64,000 nucleotides of DNA from an uncultured Clostridia bacterium (GCA_944391755.1 CALXUT010000012.1:9727-73726), one strand, 5' to 3'; shown: positions 8,671 to 17,669, numbered from the stretch's first letter. The notes: a model not told the origin generated them from the letters alone. Translations and numbers: made by a program.

Positions 8671-10020
8671 ATGCCAGTATATGTTTATAGAGCAGTAACA
8701 GATAAAGGTTTAGTTGTAAAAAACAAAGTCGAAGAATCTAGTAAACAAGCATTAGTAAAAAGATTAAAAAATAATGGTATTACTCCGATAGAAATCATAC
8801 AAGTTGCATATAAAGGGAGAGGTCAGACAAAAAAGAAAAAAAATGTTACAGATATACAAGAAATCATAAAAAATGTAAATACGACACAAGTTGGAAGAAA
8901 TTCAAACATTAAACAATTGTCAGCAGTGGAAAAAGTAAATTTATATTTAGCATCAACAGAAAAAGTAACTGTTAGAGATATTATCATATTTACAGAAAAC
9001 TTTTATCTATTAAAAAAGGCTAATTTTAATAATATACATGCATTAAGTACAATCATACAAAGTACGGAAAATATAACATTAAAAGGTATATTAGAAGATA
9101 TACTAGCAGGAGTTGAGGCTGGTGATTATATGTATACAACGATGGAATATTATTCTGATATATTTCCTTTTATATATATAAATATGGTAAAAGTAGGAGA
9201 ATTATCAGGCTCATTAACCAATTCATTAGGTCAAGCTGTAAAGTATTTGGAAGACAACGAGAGAATCACCAAAAAGATAAGAGGAATTATCATACCAAAT
9301 GTAGTACAATTTGTAGTAATAATTGTTTTATTAATAGGAGGAACTCTATTCGCAATACCACAAATCCAAAATTTATTTGATGAAATTCAAACAGAAGCTA
9401 CATTGCCAGCAATTACATTATGGTTCCAAGACTTTATATACTTTATGGGAAGAATTTGGTATATACCAACCTTAATTATTATTGGTATAGTAGCAGCAAT
9501 ATTATTTTATATTAATACACCAAAAGGAAAATACAATTTTCATTACTTTAAATACACAATGCCTATATTTGGAAAATTAATATTTTCATTAGATTTTTCT
9601 AGAGTAATGAAAGCAATGCATTTAAATCTAGAAAATGGTATGAGAATACAGGATTCACTTGAAGTAAGTAAAAACATCGTAAATAATTATGTAATGTTAT
9701 CAATCATAGAAACAGCAATAAATAACATGTTGACAGGCTATTCATGGATAGATCCATTTGAAAAATCTGGACTTTGTTCACCTATGACAACAGAGATGTT
9801 AAAAATAGGAATGCAAACAGATTTAACAGAAATGTTAGACAAATTATTGGAATATATGGATATGGATATAAACAATACTATTGACAAAGTAGTAAAAGTA
9901 ATGCCAGAAATCGCATACTCAATGGTTGGTGTTGTATTAATATTCTTCGTATGTGTCGTATTAGTACCAGTAATACAAGTATATATGGGAAGTTTCTTAT
10001 TATCAGCATATGGAGTATAA
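8671..10020 (+). CDS. pilC: Type IV pilus platform protein PilC (GspF family)
   Basis: 449 aa with two GspF-like repeats and several TM segments. It directly follows pilB/pilT. Confidence 0.85.
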   Translation: MPVYVYRAVTDKGLVVKNKVEESSKQALVKRLKNNGITPIEIIQVAYKGRGQTKKKKNVTDIQEIIKNVNTTQVGRNSNIKQLSAVEKVNLYLASTEKVTVRDIIIFTENFYLLKKANFNNIHALSTIIQSTENITLKGILEDILAGVEAGDYMYTTMEYYSDIFPFIYINMVKVGELSGSLTNSLGQAVKYLEDNERITKKIRGIIIPNVVQFVVIIVLLIGGTLFAIPQIQNLFDEIQTEATLPAITLWFQDFIYFMGRIWYIPTLIIIGIVAAILFYINTPKGKYNFHYFKYTMPIFGKLIFSLDFSRVMKAMHLNLENGMRIQDSLEVSKNIVNNYVMLSIIETAINNMLTGYSWIDPFEKSGLCSPMTTEMLKIGMQTDLTEMLDKLLEYMDMDINNTIDKVVKVMPEIAYSMVGVVLIFFVCVVLVPVIQVYMGSFLLSAYGV

Positions 10021-10033
10021 AATTAATTTTTAG

Positions 10034-10074
10034 GGACAGACCTTTTTGTAAAAAGTTGATTTTTAGGTCTGTCC
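10034..10074 (+). terminator. Rho-independent terminator after pilC, built from a REP-like unit
   Basis: ggacagacct ... aggtctgtcc forms a 10-bp stem followed by ttttatt. The stem sequence (TTTAGGGACAGACC) is related to the ACTTTRGGGACGTTCC palindromes. Confidence 0.7.
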
Positions 10075-10087
10075 TTTTATTTAAAAC

Positions 10088-10149
10088 TTTACTTTGGGGA
10101 CGTTCCTTTTTGTTAAATTTTAACTAAAAGGACCGTCCTAAAAGTAAAA
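10088..10149. repeat. REP-like GC-rich imperfect palindrome (ACTTTGGGGACGTTCC family)
   Basis: tttactttggggacgttcctttt ... aaaaggaccgtcctaaaagtaaa. The same motif recurs at 49521-49605. Confidence 0.75.
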
Positions 10150-10161
10150 AAGGAGCAACAA

Positions 10162-11052
10162 ATGAAAATTGGAATTGATTTAGGTGGAAGCCATATAGGA
10201 ATAGGTTTAGTAGATGAAAATGGAAATATATTAGAAAAAAAAGAAAAATATTTTGATAATTATAATATATCAGAAATAGAAAAGACCATTGAAGAATTTA
10301 TTTCTGAACAAGTTATTCAAATGTCATTAGCATATCGTATTGAATTTATAGGTATTGCAATTCCAGGGACAGTTTCAGAAAACAAAATTATAAAAGCTGT
10401 AAACCTTGGAATTGAAAATTATGACTTGGCTACACAATTAAAAGAAGTATTACATATAGATGTAAAATTAAAAAACGATGCAAAATGTGCGGCATTAGCT
10501 GAACAAAAATATGGTGAATTATCTCAATATGATAATAGTGTATTTTTATGTATAGGAACAGGCGTTGGAAGCGCGGTATTCATGGATGGAAAATTATTAG
10601 AACCAAAAGGATTACCTGGATTTGAAATTAGTCATACGATTATACAAAAAAATGGACTGTTATGTAATTGTGGAAAAAGAGGTTGTTTTGAAACCTATGC
10701 TAGTATAAAACGATTTAAAGAAAAGCTTTCAAAAGAATTTAATATACATTCTATAGATGGAGAAGTCATAAGAGATTTCATTAGAAAAAATGAAAATAAC
10801 CCAAGACTAAAATATTTATTAAATAATTATATTGAGGACTTGAGCATAGGAATATCCAATATTATAAATATCTTTGAACCCGAGGCAATATGTATAGGGG
10901 GAAGTTTTGCAGAATATGAAGATATTTTATATGAACCATTAAAACAAGCATTATTAAAGGGAAACTTGCTATTTAACAAAAGAAATGATATAATAATAAA
11001 ATATGCAAAATTAAAAAATGATGCAGGAATCATAGGAGCAACATTAATTTAG
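10162..11052 (+). CDS. glcK: ROK-family glucokinase
   Basis: MKIGIDLGGSHIGIGLVD (ATP-binding N-terminus) and the ROK zinc motif CNCGKRGCFETYAS. Confidence 0.85.
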   Translation: MKIGIDLGGSHIGIGLVDENGNILEKKEKYFDNYNISEIEKTIEEFISEQVIQMSLAYRIEFIGIAIPGTVSENKIIKAVNLGIENYDLATQLKEVLHIDVKLKNDAKCAALAEQKYGELSQYDNSVFLCIGTGVGSAVFMDGKLLEPKGLPGFEISHTIIQKNGLLCNCGKRGCFETYASIKRFKEKLSKEFNIHSIDGEVIRDFIRKNENNPRLKYLLNNYIEDLSIGISNIINIFEPEAICIGGSFAEYEDILYEPLKQALLKGNLLFNKRNDIIIKYAKLKNDAGIIGATLI

Positions 11053-11063
11053 AAAGGACCAAA

Positions 11064-12359
11064 ATGAAAAGAGTAAGTTTTTATACTTTAGGATGCAAAG
11101 TAAATCAATACGAAACAAATGGAATGATGCAAAAATTTCAAGAAGCTGGATATGAAATTGTAGATATGGATAAAGATATATCAGACATATGTATTGTAAA
11201 TACTTGTACTGTAACGAATATGTCAGATAGAAAATCAAGACATGCTTTAAGAAAAATAAAAGAGAAAAATCCTAAGTCAGTCATTGTAGCAACAGGATGT
11301 TATGCACAAGTTGCTAAAGACGAACTAGAAAAAATGCCAGAAATAGATATTGTTATAGGAAATGATGAAAAGAAAGAAATCATAAAATATGTGGAAAAAT
11401 TCATACAAGAAGAAACAAAAATAATTGAAATAGATGATATATCAAAGCAAAAAGAATTTATAGATATGGGACAAATTACTTATACAGAAAAAACAAGAGC
11501 GGTTGTAAAAATTCAAGATGGATGTAATCAATTTTGTTCTTATTGTATCATTCCATATGCAAGAGGAAGAGTTAGAAGCAGAAATGCTGAAAGCATTGTA
11601 CAGGAAATCACAGAAATTGCAAAAAAAGGAATAAAAGAAGTTGTTATTACAGGAATTCATATAGCATCATATGGTAAAGATTTTCATAAAGAAAATGGAT
11701 TAATAGAATTATTAGAAAAAATAAATCAGATAAATGGTATTGAAAGAATCAGATTAGGATCATTAGAACCTAAAATTATGACAGAAGAATTTGTGCAAAG
11801 ACTTATGAAATTAGAAAAAGTATGTCATCATTTTCACTTATCTTTACAAAGTGGATGTGATGAAGTTTTAAAACGAATGAATAGAAAATATACAACGGAA
11901 GAATTTAAAATCATAGTCCAAAGATTACGAAAAGCATATAAAGATGTAATGTTAACAACAGATATTATTGTTGGTTTTCCAGGTGAAACTGATGAAGAAT
12001 TTAATAAAACTTATGAATTTTTAAGAGAAATAAAATTTTATAAAATGCATGTATTTCCATATTCTCCAAGAAAGGGAACTATTGCAGCAAATATGCCGAA
12101 TCAAGTAGATGGAAAAGTAAAAGAACAAAGAAGCAAAACATTAATAGAATTATCAAATAGTAATCAAAAACAATATAATGAACAATATATTGGAAAAGAA
12201 GTAGAAGTTTTATATGAAGATAGAGAAAATGAATTTTATAAAGGACATATACAAAATTATATTTTAGTAAAATATAAAACTAATGAAGAACTAGAAAATA
12301 CTATAAAAAAAGTAAAAATATCAACAGCAGATGTAGAATATGTGGAAAGTTTACAATAG
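11064..12359 (+). CDS. mtaB: tRNA (N6-threonylcarbamoyladenosine37) methylthiotransferase MtaB (radical SAM)
   Basis: UPF0004 N-terminal domain (YTLGCKVNQYE), radical-SAM motif CNQFCSYCIIP, and a TRAM-like C-terminus. Confidence 0.8.
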   Translation: MKRVSFYTLGCKVNQYETNGMMQKFQEAGYEIVDMDKDISDICIVNTCTVTNMSDRKSRHALRKIKEKNPKSVIVATGCYAQVAKDELEKMPEIDIVIGNDEKKEIIKYVEKFIQEETKIIEIDDISKQKEFIDMGQITYTEKTRAVVKIQDGCNQFCSYCIIPYARGRVRSRNAESIVQEITEIAKKGIKEVVITGIHIASYGKDFHKENGLIELLEKINQINGIERIRLGSLEPKIMTEEFVQRLMKLEKVCHHFHLSLQSGCDEVLKRMNRKYTTEEFKIIVQRLRKAYKDVMLTTDIIVGFPGETDEEFNKTYEFLREIKFYKMHVFPYSPRKGTIAANMPNQVDGKVKEQRSKTLIELSNSNQKQYNEQYIGKEVEVLYEDRENEFYKGHIQNYILVKYKTNEELENTIKKVKISTADVEYVESLQ

Positions 12360-12492
12360 AATTATTACATAATGTAATAATTTTGTAACATAAATTTAAT
12401 ATTAATTTTTATAAAAATACTTGATAAATTTGAAAAAGTAGGATATAAATAGTATAGAAAAATAAGATTATTACTACAAAGGAGGAATAAAT

Positions 12493-12798
12493 ATGGCAAA
12501 TATAGAAGAAGTTCCAGGAGTTTATGGAGGAGTAAAAACAGAAGAGGTAGGAGTTGCAGAAGAAAATATTGCAAATGCATCTGCTGTGGAAAATGTTGGA
12601 GCAAATTTACCAGCAAAAACAGGATTTTGGAATAAAGTAAAATCAATATTATTTTACGATATAAAAGTTGAACTTACACCATATCAACAAAAAGTAGAAG
12701 ATGAAATAAATGAATTCTTATATCAAGAAATTACTTGGGCAAAAGTAAAAGACTTTTTATTCCAAGAAGTTACTTTTGGTAAGAAAAAAGATAAATAG
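12493..12798 (+). CDS. Hypothetical small protein
   Basis: 101-aa ORF with a good SD (AAAGGAGGAATAAATATG). No family was recognised. Confidence 0.45.
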   Translation: MANIEEVPGVYGGVKTEEVGVAEENIANASAVENVGANLPAKTGFWNKVKSILFYDIKVELTPYQQKVEDEINEFLYQEITWAKVKDFLFQEVTFGKKKDK

Positions 12799-12882
12799 TT
12801 GTTATTATATGAAAAAGAAAAGGAGAATACTCTTTTTCTTTTTATTTTTAATATAAAATCTTAAAAAAATTTGAAAAAGGTA

Positions 12883-12911
12883 TTGACATTTATTCAAAAA
12901 TGAATTATACT
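12883..12911 (+). promoter_or_regulatory. Putative promoter of the tRNA pair
   Basis: TTGACA (12883-12888), a 17-nt spacer, then TATACT (12906-12911), about 30 nt upstream of the first tRNA. Confidence 0.6.
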
Positions 12912-12939
12912 TAGACTTGCGTTAAGCATTAAATCAAAT

Positions 12940-13016
12940 GCTCCCGTAGCTCAGTTGGTCAGAGCAACCGGCTCATAACCGGTGGGTCCTAGGTTCAAGT
13001 CCTAGCGGGAGCACCA
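12940..13016 (+). tRNA. tRNA with a CAU anticodon, either elongator Met or, more likely, lysidine-type Ile2
   Basis: A 77-nt cloverleaf with acceptor gctcccg/cgggagc, anticodon arm accgg-CTCATAA-ccggt, T arm ctagg-ttcaagt-cctag, and an encoded CCA. The anticodon stem lacks the three G-C pairs of initiator tRNA. The GGCTCATAACC context resembles Bacillus tRNA-Ile2. Confidence 0.85.
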
Positions 13017-13047
13017 TTTTTTATTATAGAAATATAATAAAAAATTT

Positions 13048-13368
13048 GGACAGGTGGCCGAGTGGCTAAAGGCGGCAGACTGTATGCTTTGCTTTAAGCA
13101 GAAGTTGCAGCCTATACAAGAAATTGTATAGTGAAAACTAGGCTAATTCGGGGAAGTCTTAACAGATATAACATGATATGCTGATGATAATCCCGAGCTA
13201 GAAAGAAATTTCGAGTGTAGAGACTTTATACCTGGCATCTGAAAATGATGAAGAGAAAGTCCAGACTACAAACATTTTTATATTAATATAAAATGGTAGT
13301 GAAAACTATAGTGGTAAGAAATCTGTTCTCATATGAGTACGATGGTTCGAATCCATCCCTGTCCACCA
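13048..13368 (+). tRNA. tRNA-Tyr(GUA) interrupted by a group I intron (exons 13048-13083 and 13319-13368)
   Basis: Joining the exons gives GGACAGGUGGCCGAGUGGCUAAAGGCGGCAGACUGU|AAAUCUGUUCUCAUAUGAGUACGAUGGUUCGAAUCCAUCCCUGUCCACCA. This is a class II tRNA with a long variable arm. Its anticodon arm is almost identical to E. coli tRNA-Tyr (GCAGACUGUAAAUCUGC). Confidence 0.9.
13084..13318 (+). ncRNA. Group I intron (small, ORF-less, IC3-like) inserted between anticodon positions U35 and A36
   Basis: The 5' exon ends in U and the intron ends in G. An internal GCAG (~13099-13102) can pair with exon CUGU to give the U.G wobble of P1. Other candidate elements are AAUUCGGGG...CCCGA (P4), GAAA-GAAA-UUUC (P6 with a GAAA loop), and GUGUAGAGACU...AGUCCAGACUAC (J6/7-P7-like). 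These resemble the Azoarcus tRNA-Ile intron core strings CAAAUUCGGCGAAAC and GGUGUAGAGACUAGACGG. Confidence 0.8.
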
Positions 13369-13369
13369 T

Positions 13370-13403
13370 AAAGCCAAAAGAAAAAATCTTTTGGCTTTTA
13401 TTT
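13370..13403 (+). terminator. Rho-independent terminator after tRNA-Tyr
   Basis: aagccaaaaga-aaaaa-tcttttggctt followed by ttatttt. Confidence 0.7.
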
Positions 13404-13422
13404 TATTTAAAAGGAGATAATA

Positions 13423-13803
13423 ATGATAGACTATACGAATAAGCAAAAGGGAAATTGTGGACTTGGAATTGCAATTGGATATTTTTGCACAAATGGATAT
13501 ATTGTATCAGTACCTCTAAATGATACTCAAGATTATGATTTAATAGTAGATAAATATCAAAAAATCAGTAAAATCCAAGTAAAATATACATCATGTAAAA
13601 CAAAATATGATGTTTATCAAGTTGCATTAAAAAGTTGCGGAGGAACAAAAGGAGCAACATATAAAACTGTAAAAGACACTGAAATTGATTATTTGTTTAT
13701 AGCAACTGATAACCTAGATACGTATTTAATTCCTAAAAATGAGATTTCTAATAAAAGCACATTAAATTTATGCAATAAATATTTGAAATATAAAATTAAT
13801 TGA
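13423..13803 (+). CDS. Free-standing PD-(D/E)XK endonuclease of the I-Ssp6803I / 'group I intron endonuclease' type (PDDEXK_5-like)
   Basis: 126 aa. GNCGLGIAIGYFCTNGYIVSVPLNDTQDYDLIVDKYQKISKIQVKYTS fits the family pattern G..GE......G..V..P.gD...yDLi.d.....rvQVK (D...D-x12-QVK catalytic core). It has its own SD (AAAGGAGATAATAATG) and lies 55 nt downstream of the intron-containing tRNA. Confidence 0.65.
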   Translation: MIDYTNKQKGNCGLGIAIGYFCTNGYIVSVPLNDTQDYDLIVDKYQKISKIQVKYTSCKTKYDVYQVALKSCGGTKGATYKTVKDTEIDYLFIATDNLDTYLIPKNEISNKSTLNLCNKYLKYKIN

Positions 13804-13871
13804 CTTTATTTCATAATTTTTTAAATATTATTATTTGTCAATTGGACTAAATCTTAAACAAACACGATTTC

Positions 13872-13900
13872 TTGACAAAACTCCCAATATATGCTATAAT
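13872..13900 (+). promoter_or_regulatory. Consensus sigma-A promoter feeding a ~275-nt leader of rnj
   Basis: TTGACA (13872-13877), a 17-nt spacer, then TATAAT (13895-13900). The next start codon with an SD is at 14181. Confidence 0.7.
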
Positions 13901-14180
13901 TTCAAACAGATTGCCAAAGGGCAAAAAATGAGATTTTATTTTAATGTATTAAAGAGAGAAAAAAAGCGAATAATGAAAATGAACGGTAAAAATTAAATAA
14001 TATAAGTTTAGAATAACATGATAGGGCGGTATTTTCATGCTTATTAAACTTATTTATATTTTGTTATGTATTTGTACGTAAAATGAAATTAAAATATAGC
14101 CATTTGAGCGAAACGAGTAATAAAATGTAATTAAGAAAGTTACATTAAAAAACAATTATAAGAGAGGAGTAATAAGAAAG

Positions 14181-15995
14181 ATGACAGATGAAAACAATGT
14201 TCCAAAAGAGATAAATGGAACAGGAGAGGAAAAAAGAAAAAATCAAAGAGAAAGAAAAAACTTTAAAAAAGAAGGAGAAAAAACAAAAAGACCAAGAAAA
14301 GCAAAAAATTCACAGAATTCACAAAGTATATTCAAAAAATCAAATTTAAAAATTATTCCATTAGGTGGATTACATGAGATTGGAAAAAATATAACTGTAT
14401 TTGAATATGAAGATGAAATAATTGTTGTAGATTGTGGATTATCATTTCCAGAAGATGATATGTTAGGGATAGACTTAGTCATACCAGACATAACATATTT
14501 AGTAAAAAATCAAGAAAAGGTAAAAGGATTGGTTATCACACATGGTCATGAAGATCATATTGGAGGAGTTCCATATTTCTTAAAACAACTAAATGTGCCT
14601 ATATATGCAACAAGATTAACAGCAGGATTAATTAACAACAAATTAGAAGAACATAAATTATTAAGAAGTACAGACATGCATATAATCAATCAAGGCGAAA
14701 CAATAAAATTAGGAAATAACTTTAAAATAGAATTTATAAGAAGTTCGCATAGTATACCAGATTCAGTAATGCTAGCAATCACAACACCAGCCGGAACAAT
14801 ACTACACACAGGTGACTTTAAAGTAGACTATACACCAATTGATGGACAAATAATGGACTTAAGTAGAATAGCAGAATTAGGTAGCCAAGGCATATTAGCA
14901 TTAATGTCAGATAGTACAAACTCAGAGAGAAAAGGATTTACTATGTCTGAAAGTTCTGTTGGAGAAGTATTTGACAAATTATTTTTAAATTGTACAAAAA
15001 GAATTGTAGTAGCAACATTTGCTTCAAATGTACACAGAATACAGCAAATTGTAAATTCAGCTGTAAAATATGGCAGAAAAATAGCAGTATGTGGTAGAAG
15101 CATGATAAATATGATAACAACATCTATGGAACTAGGATATATAAAGTGTCCAGATAATATATTTATAGATATAGATATGATAGGAAACTATACGGATGAG
15201 CAATTAGTTATTATAACAACAGGAAGCCAAGGTGAAACAATGTCCGCATTAACGAGAATGGCTGCAGGAGATCATAAAAAAGTAAAAATAACACCAAATG
15301 ATTTAATTATCATATCTGCAACACCAATACCTGGAAATGAAAAATATGTATCAAAAGTAATTGATGATTTAATGCAATTAGGAGCAGAAGTCGTATATAG
15401 TGCATTAGCAGATATACATGTATCAGGACATGCTTGTCAAGAAGAACAAAAATTAATATTAGCATTAGCAAAGCCAAAATTCTTTATACCAGTACATGGA
15501 GAATATAGACAATTAATGGCTCATAGTGAAACTGCACAATCAATGGGCATGGATAAAGATAATATTATTATGATGACAAATGGAAGAATTTTAGAGATAA
15601 ATGAAAATGAAGCTAAATTTAATGGTTCTGTACCAAGTGGAAGAGTATTGGTAGATGGTCTTGGTGTAGGTGATGTTGGAAATATTGTATTAAGAGATAG
15701 ACAACATTTAGCACAAGATGGTTTAATCATAATTGTATTAACAATGGATTCAGAAACAGGAGAAGTTGTAGCTGGACCAGATGTCATATCAAGAGGATTT
15801 GTATATGTAAGAGAATCAGAAAACTTAATGGATGATGTAAAAAGTGTTGTAAGGCATGAAATATCAAAATGTGAAGAAAGAGGAGTACGTGATTGGGCAA
15901 CAATTAAATCAACTGTAAAAGAAAACTTACGTGATTATTTATTTATAAAAACGAAAAGAAACCCAATGATTATACCTATAATAATGGAAGTATAG
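14181..15995 (+). CDS. rnj: Ribonuclease J (metallo-beta-lactamase/beta-CASP) with a ~55-aa Lys/Glu-rich N-terminal extension
   Basis: KIIPLGGLHEIGKNITVFEY, ITHGHEDHIGG, and beta-CASP motifs. The extension reads EEKRKNQRERKNFKKEGEKTKRPRKAKNSQNSQ. Confidence 0.9.
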   Translation: MTDENNVPKEINGTGEEKRKNQRERKNFKKEGEKTKRPRKAKNSQNSQSIFKKSNLKIIPLGGLHEIGKNITVFEYEDEIIVVDCGLSFPEDDMLGIDLVIPDITYLVKNQEKVKGLVITHGHEDHIGGVPYFLKQLNVPIYATRLTAGLINNKLEEHKLLRSTDMHIINQGETIKLGNNFKIEFIRSSHSIPDSVMLAITTPAGTILHTGDFKVDYTPIDGQIMDLSRIAELGSQGILALMSDSTNSERKGFTMSESSVGEVFDKLFLNCTKRIVVATFASNVHRIQQIVNSAVKYGRKIAVCGRSMINMITTSMELGYIKCPDNIFIDIDMIGNYTDEQLVIITTGSQGETMSALTRMAAGDHKKVKITPNDLIIISATPIPGNEKYVSKVIDDLMQLGAEVVYSALADIHVSGHACQEEQKLILALAKPKFFIPVHGEYRQLMAHSETAQSMGMDKDNIIMMTNGRILEINENEAKFNGSVPSGRVLVDGLGVGDVGNIVLRDRQHLAQDGLIIIVLTMDSETGEVVAGPDVISRGFVYVRESENLMDDVKSVVRHEISKCEERGVRDWATIKSTVKENLRDYLFIKTKRNPMIIPIIMEV

Positions 15996-16010
15996 AAAGG
16001 AAGAAGAAAT

Positions 16011-17669
16011 ATGGATTATAAAGATTTAGCAAATTTAATCTTTCCAAATGTGAAAGATATATCATACTATGAGGAGAAATATCCTGAAAGAGATTTACCA
16101 GAAGGAGCTATTGTAACAAGATTTGCACCAAGTCCAACAGGCTTTGTGCATATAGGAGGACTATATCAAGCATTAGTTGCAATAGAAGTATCAAAGAAAA
16201 CCAAGGGTGTATTTTTCTTAAGAGTCGAAGACACTGATCAAAAAAGAGAAGTAGAAAATGGTGTAACAGATATTGTAAATTCATTAAAAGACTTTGGAAT
16301 GGCACCAGATGAAGGAATGATATCAGATACAGAAGAAATAGGAAATTATGGACCATATAAACAAAGTTTGAGAAAAGATATCTATCAAGCATATGCTAAA
16401 TATTTAATATCACAAGGAAAAGCATATCCATGTTTCTGTACTCCAGAAGAAGGAGAAGAAATCAGAAAAAAACAAGAAGCTGCAAAAATAAGACCAGGAT
16501 ATTATGGAATATGGGCAAAATGTAGAAATATAACTGTAGAAGAAGCAGCCGAAAAGATAAAAAATGGTGAACATTATATTATAAGATTTAAATCACCAGG
16601 TAGAGAAGACAGAAAAATAAAACATAAAGATATCATAAAAGGAAATGTGGATTTTCCAGAAAATGATTTAGATATCGTCATCATAAAAGCAGATGGTTTA
16701 CCAACATATCATTTTGCTCATGCAGTAGATGATCATTTAATGAGAACAACACATGTTATCAGAAGTGATGAATGGTTATCATCAGTGCCATTACATTTAC
16801 AACTATTCCATGAATTAGGATTTAAAACTCCAAAATATGCACATATATCACCAATCATGAAAAATGATAATGGAAATAAACGTAAATTGAGTAAAAGAAA
16901 AGATCCAGAAGCGGCAGTATCTTATTATAAAGAACAAGGAATTCCAGTTAATGCCGTAAAAGAATATTTATTAAATATTGCAAACTCTACATTTGAAAAT
17001 TGGAGAAGAGCAAATCCAGACAAACCAATGGAGGAATTTGACTTCCAATTAAATAAAATGAGTGTTAGTGGAGCGTTATTTGATATGGTAAAATTGCTAG
17101 ATATAGGAAAGACCGTTATATCAAAAATGTCTGCAGAAGAGGTATATGAAAATTCTTTAGAATGGGCAAAACAATTTGATAATGAGCTTGCAGATATGTT
17201 AAAAGATAAAGAATATGCTTTAAAAGTATTGGGAATAGAAAGAGGCAATAAAAAGCCAAGAAAAGATATTGCAAAATGGTCAGATGTAAAAGAAAATATA
17301 GAATATATGTATGATGAAATATTCTATAATAAAAAACAAGAATATCCATATCAAGTGATTTCTGATAAAGAAAGCATAGAAAAAATATTAACATTATATA
17401 TGGAAAAATATTATGATGAAAATGATGACAAACAAACATGGTTTGATAAAATAAAAGCTTTAACTGGGGAAATGGGATATGCAACAGAAGTAAAAGAATT
17501 TAAGGCTAATCCAGGTAAATATACAGCACATGTAGGAGATGTAAGTACAGTAATTAGAGTTGCTTTAACTTCAAGAACAAATACTCCTGATATGTATGAA
17601 ATTATGCAAGTATTAGGCAAATCATGTGTAGAAAAAAGACTAAAAAAAGCAATAGAAAATTTAAAATAA
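16011..17669 (+). CDS. gltX: Glutamate--tRNA ligase (long form)
   Basis: HIGH region RFAPSPTGFVHIGG and KMSKS region KLSKRK. 552 aa. Confidence 0.85.
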   Translation: MDYKDLANLIFPNVKDISYYEEKYPERDLPEGAIVTRFAPSPTGFVHIGGLYQALVAIEVSKKTKGVFFLRVEDTDQKREVENGVTDIVNSLKDFGMAPDEGMISDTEEIGNYGPYKQSLRKDIYQAYAKYLISQGKAYPCFCTPEEGEEIRKKQEAAKIRPGYYGIWAKCRNITVEEAAEKIKNGEHYIIRFKSPGREDRKIKHKDIIKGNVDFPENDLDIVIIKADGLPTYHFAHAVDDHLMRTTHVIRSDEWLSSVPLHLQLFHELGFKTPKYAHISPIMKNDNGNKRKLSKRKDPEAAVSYYKEQGIPVNAVKEYLLNIANSTFENWRRANPDKPMEEFDFQLNKMSVSGALFDMVKLLDIGKTVISKMSAEEVYENSLEWAKQFDNELADMLKDKEYALKVLGIERGNKKPRKDIAKWSDVKENIEYMYDEIFYNKKQEYPYQVISDKESIEKILTLYMEKYYDENDDKQTWFDKIKALTGEMGYATEVKEFKANPGKYTAHVGDVSTVIRVALTSRTNTPDMYEIMQVLGKSCVEKRLKKAIENLK

